Assembly: GCA_947624425.1 (NCBI GenBank)
Contig: CANQKG010000009.1
Location: forward strand, 1-16,480
Reading direction: 5' to 3'
Length of the DNA: 16,480 bases
Origin: an uncultured Clostridia bacterium
GTDB taxonomy: Bacteria > Bacillota > Clostridia > Oscillospirales > Ruminococcaceae
In this document: piece by piece, positions 15,801-16,480 of the stretch
How positions within the stretch are numbered: position 1 is the stretch's first letter
Layout: every line of letters starts with the position of its first letter
Made by a program: the position numbers and the translations under genes
The notes under the pieces: generated by a model
Seen by the model: only the letters and a program-made list of their open reading frames with translations
Databases searched by the model: none
Told to the model about the DNA's origin: nothing

Positions 15801-16480
15801 TAGCTTTCGATCTCGCCGCCGTCGTTCCCGAGGCCTTCCCCTTCGATCCGCTGTCCGTCTTTGTCAAGCCGGATCGGATCGTCCCAAGTCGCGTCCACGG
15901 CATACCACTTGTCGCCGAGCTCAACGGCATTCCACATATGCATCTCGGGCGTGTTGCCGGAATTCTGGACGCCGTGAACCAGTACGCAGGGAATGCCCAG
16001 CCGGTTCAGGATCACCTGCATCGAACGGGCATAGCCCTCGCAGACGCCCTCATGTGTTGCAAGGGCATAGAGGGTGCGGATATAAGGGATGTGATCGGGC
16101 TGGCATTCGGTCTCAAAACGGTAGGAAATACCCTTTGTCACCTGCTCATGCACGAACCTCACCTTTCGGGCAGCCGCGTCCGCATCGCTCAGTCCGTCCG
16201 TTTTGATGCGGCCGGCCTCGGTTACGATCTTATCCACGGCTTTTTTCAGGCTTTGATCCATCTCACTTACCTGAGAGGGATCCAATCCCGGCAGGAGATA
16301 GGTGGAATCCCTGCCGACGCCGAGGTAGGCGGCATATTCGCCGTCTGCCTTTTGGGCGACGCGGAGGCTTAGGTAGGAGCTGTCCACATACCACGCCTCG
16401 GAACATTCGAGATCAAACGCGTCTTTTGCCGCAGAGAAGTCGTCTGCCAGGGTGCGGTCGCCGCCGATATAGGCGTCAAG
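9842..16480 (-). CDS. Giant secreted multidomain protein (5'-partial, more than 2,212 aa in the window): transglutaminase-like Cys-protease core, Cys/His-rich tandem modules and a C-terminal dockerin
   Basis: The minus-strand ORF has its stop at 9842-9844. The frame stays open with no stop through nt 16480 (...LDAYIGGDRTLADDFSAAKDAFDLECSEAWYVDSSYLS...). The track's Met at 16387 is therefore an internal GTG and the N-terminus lies outside the window. Domains are described under separate features. Confidence 0.85.
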   Translation of the reverse strand, partial: LDAYIGGDRTLADDFSAAKDAFDLECSEAWYVDSSYLSLRVAQKADGEYAAYLGVGRDSTYLLPGLDPSQVSEMDQSLKKAVDKIVTEAGRIKTDGLSDADAAARKVRFVHEQVTKGISYRFETECQPDHIPYIRTLYALATHEGVCEGYARSMQVILNRLGIPCVLVHGVQNSGNTPEMHMWNAVELGDKWYAVDATWDDPIRLDKDGQRIEGEGLGNDGGEIESYLLVGTEVIGQNWLPSGAVSSGNMSFTYPTIEPRSYAGEEVFEDGLSGLHVQYTANGEMEDEVAGQFTVDYNGMGMEKAAEQGVYLLVKMYDEHPDGTSHKMEDWYYAAAALALLGKNEYFYDTDTCLKFCTATCEYVEFALTTTRPEGYDTWKNPPENNGLSKNPETGFYHGDGSDIISKTEMLYNSASEFEAAPCVYRQSPAPTGQLDTRQTFTIHIEFDDSMYHPALSEISPASITNPGAPETPDSRKAATEPVTVRFDCYQLDRDGEIVPYDLVGKISADSNRDYVLDEGVVTWIYDCEDSHQHNPEDCFVTGVEYQFQASTNWSDDLTLYDFSITGLVGSRSNKAPNSWSYVMSTSVCPMAYRSQGIDWALWGRPSLLDNPNDLDLSRLAVEGVDGSRETLNDLQKQMKIDDMNGRLMLTVEEIGKEDGMSREKYEEVTEAFDQHTNISGSAIKSSSMYEINFTRLCKMTVVLEGESLRMQLGFPAGYDASSVANKEVVFKAYHFTRCSPTKQCDHVNDPDHKYGDDIISVEEIPLAVTQYGLVILCDSFSPFELVALDASKVSADEKEKNHNIIVKTDGNGAVTCDGESTAGEKGFISFEEGQSHTFKVKPKAGFATDVVSFGGRSIPVGDNGTFSLSYYEIVGANDMLNVSFVPETVKQAEAESGIVSVVPKIVTEDPVIVITPNQERYTVTRGADTDIFCGAPSVNVLGADSITVSGDTLPEDVSYQPGEPFELAAPDKSTAYGTYYTYTVTAMKGDSTVSRTVQVRREHGMLAGRSTYVIESSCTLQQNEITMYRCRDCSRFYNPLQRSVAKDQPEHHLTPLRTVTAEQSCDGRSYTISQCSDCTYLEVKVGDETPTEGAHHWMPFVKESTCDADGISYEICADCEAVRSVLPSYAHAHFVGSSYKTSPSGDCTVDLVKKSVCSDCWQEFSQTITPNTAHSGGWRTVRPATCKDNGLQEWVCSYCEYRQEQEIPSSEDLHSYTSQVTKPATCTEAGVITHTCRYCDNSYTTEKPALGGDHQYEVVKTVSATCATDGVTTYQCTRCGHSYDENTPATGDHKWTDDNDCTTEDICRVCRKVMNPAVPHTFGDYQTRSWDTQNHYRECSVCHFVETEAHLGVDDGDCKTALYCQSCNALLKPAQAYHSPFPFHYRPLAGKEAQYHAAVCNVSGCTYQYTEGSYVKPHEFQGDTCTVCGYTRIPHDHQWGSYQSNETGHFQLCTICGIPSDTQPHDKSAENGYEGNCHDAVTCSVCGYVVLPSRPEHTWCSDWHADSECHYHNCTEPGCNVQQKFDHVGLSDHNCITPTLCLDCNYEMVAAGESHSWAVKPGNSDETTHLLECTNPDCDAESREAHVEGTPATCHEAAECRLCHTRYGPTNPDNHVGGDELRFQKPATYEEEGYTGDLYCLGCQQVKVKGSTIPPLEAEHQHSFTQYAHDDQRHWTVCSECGAIKEESTVAHEFDSYHNAGDAHYRECMLCHYRQDGVHEHSPEDYNCATAITCIYCSAIIEPAQQHNFSGRVECDQTGHRTACTNLNCRQLSETVAHSGGSASCVSGKHCEVCDFEYTERDPNTHIGETRTDGYKAPTETEKGYTGDVYCLSCEQKISEGADIECLPPSHQHDFGDWIQTATHHYHECSCNTVEDMEEHNFGDYQTDGDSHYRACTVCGYRQVCSHLNAADDGNCETEVKCPDCGAVTKAAMTHQFSGNVTGDANGHRTACVNPDCTQQSDLAGHTGGTASCVGGKHCEVCGFEYTERDPEYHTGGTRLVGEKPATTETEGYTGDVYCLGCDQKITDGQVIDRLPAPHEHLYGSWQNDGTHHYRECTCGEKEEYGAHTYENGSCTVCGAIQPKADYTKLNEAVEKVPQDLTRYTKASAQAVKELLDQIDYNLTPDRQAEVDAMAKALEEAIAGLATRYLCDVNYDDEITVVDALLALRAAVGLDVLKDGDFWAANPDKPEEDTITVSDALLILRKAVGLA
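9845..10030 (-). other. C-terminal dockerin-like module (two Ca-binding loop plus helix segments) of the giant protein
   Basis: CDVNYDDEITVVDALLALRAAVGL has D1-N3-D5-T9-D12 loop spacing followed by a helix. A second segment, NPDKPEEDTITVSDALLILRKAVGLA, lies at the extreme C-terminus. A helical linker precedes them (TKLNEAVEKVPQDLTRYTKASAQAVKELLDQIDYNLTPDRQAEVDAMAKALEEAIAGL). Confidence 0.55.
10000..11760 (-). repeat. Three tandem copies of a ~565-bp (~189-aa) Cys/His-rich repeat unit within the giant gene (the last is truncated, and a further degenerate copy extends to about 12,100)
   Basis: DNA-level near-repeats recur at 10506, 11070 and 11643 (ggatcccgttcggtgtattcaaa(t/g)c(c/g)ca(c/g)ac...caatgctt(g/a)cc). 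The block cagc(c/t)gag(g/a)cagta.ac.tcgccggtata(a/g)ccct recurs at 10411, 10971 and 11543. Period is 560-573 bp. Protein-unit motifs are HSGG-ASC-GKHCEVC-FEYTERDP, KPAT-E-EGYTGD(V/L)YCL(G/S)C-QK, HQH-F, THHY(R/H)EC-C, HYR-C-(V/L)C-YRQ, H-FSG and GHRTAC-N. Confidence 0.75.
12540..13320 (-). repeat. About seven tandem ~38-aa Cys3/His mini-modules (consensus p-A-T-C-x2-[DN]G-x5-C-x2-C-x8-10-P-A-x-G-H/D-H-x-[WY]) in the giant protein
   Basis: Successive segments are AEQSCDGRSYTISQCSDCTYL..HHW, KESTCDADGISYEICADCEAV..HAHF, SGDCTVDLVKKSVCSDCWQEF..HSGGW, RPATCKDNGLQEWVCSYCEYR, KPATCTEAGVITHTCRYCDNS..GGDHQY, VSATCATDGVTTYQCTRCGHS..GDHKW and NDCTTEDICRVCRK..HTF. Confidence 0.6.
15880..16120 (-). other. 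Transglutaminase-like cysteine protease core (Cys-His-Asp) within the giant protein
   Basis: VCEGYARSMQVILNRLGIPCVLVHG supplies the Cys, TPEMHMWNAVELGDKWY the His and AVDATWDDP the Asp. The order and spacing are typical of the transglutaminase-like superfamily. Confidence 0.65.

Noticed and set aside
12956-16372. A 1,138-aa ORF on the + strand, one of the longest in the window
   Set aside because: It lies entirely antisense to the giant minus-strand gene. Its translation is low-complexity and G/R/A/V-rich, with no RBS or recognisable domain. The minus-strand frame, by contrast, has coherent domain content (transglutaminase core, Ig-like segments). It is an artefact of high-GC codon bias leaving the antisense frame stop-free.

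Overview
This is a compact, gene-dense chromosomal segment from a high-GC Firmicute. The organism is probably a Clostridia or Oscillospiraceae-type gut or rumen anaerobe, since a C-terminal dockerin-like module points to a cellulosome or amylosome producer.

Gene content (+ strand unless stated, in order):
- 3' part of gap (GAPDH).
- cysK.
- A tcdA/ThiF-family gene whose 3' end appears frameshifted.
- A DUF362 gene split into two ORFs by a small deletion plus frameshift.
- An iron-sulfur flavoprotein (Isf) gene.
- A 5-gene membrane-microdomain operon: DUF1836 HTH protein, NfeD, flotillin, a divergent signal-peptidase-II-like protein and a 7-TM protein of unknown function.
- A convergent MscS channel gene (- strand).
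- The 3' approximately 6.6 kb of a giant gene (- strand, more than 2,200 codons, N-terminus outside the window).

The giant gene encodes a transglutaminase-like cysteine-protease core, a long array of Cys/His-rich tandem modules, and a C-terminal dockerin. The modules come in two sizes: about 38-aa C..CxxC mini-modules, and three to four copies of a roughly 189-aa repeat with a 560-575 bp DNA period.

Several near-consensus sigma-A promoters and rho-independent terminators are visible. One promoter carries a perfect 16-bp palindrome between its -35 and -10 boxes. No tRNA, rRNA, CRISPR or mobile-element signatures were seen. The long + strand ORFs antisense to the giant gene are artefacts of high-GC codon usage.
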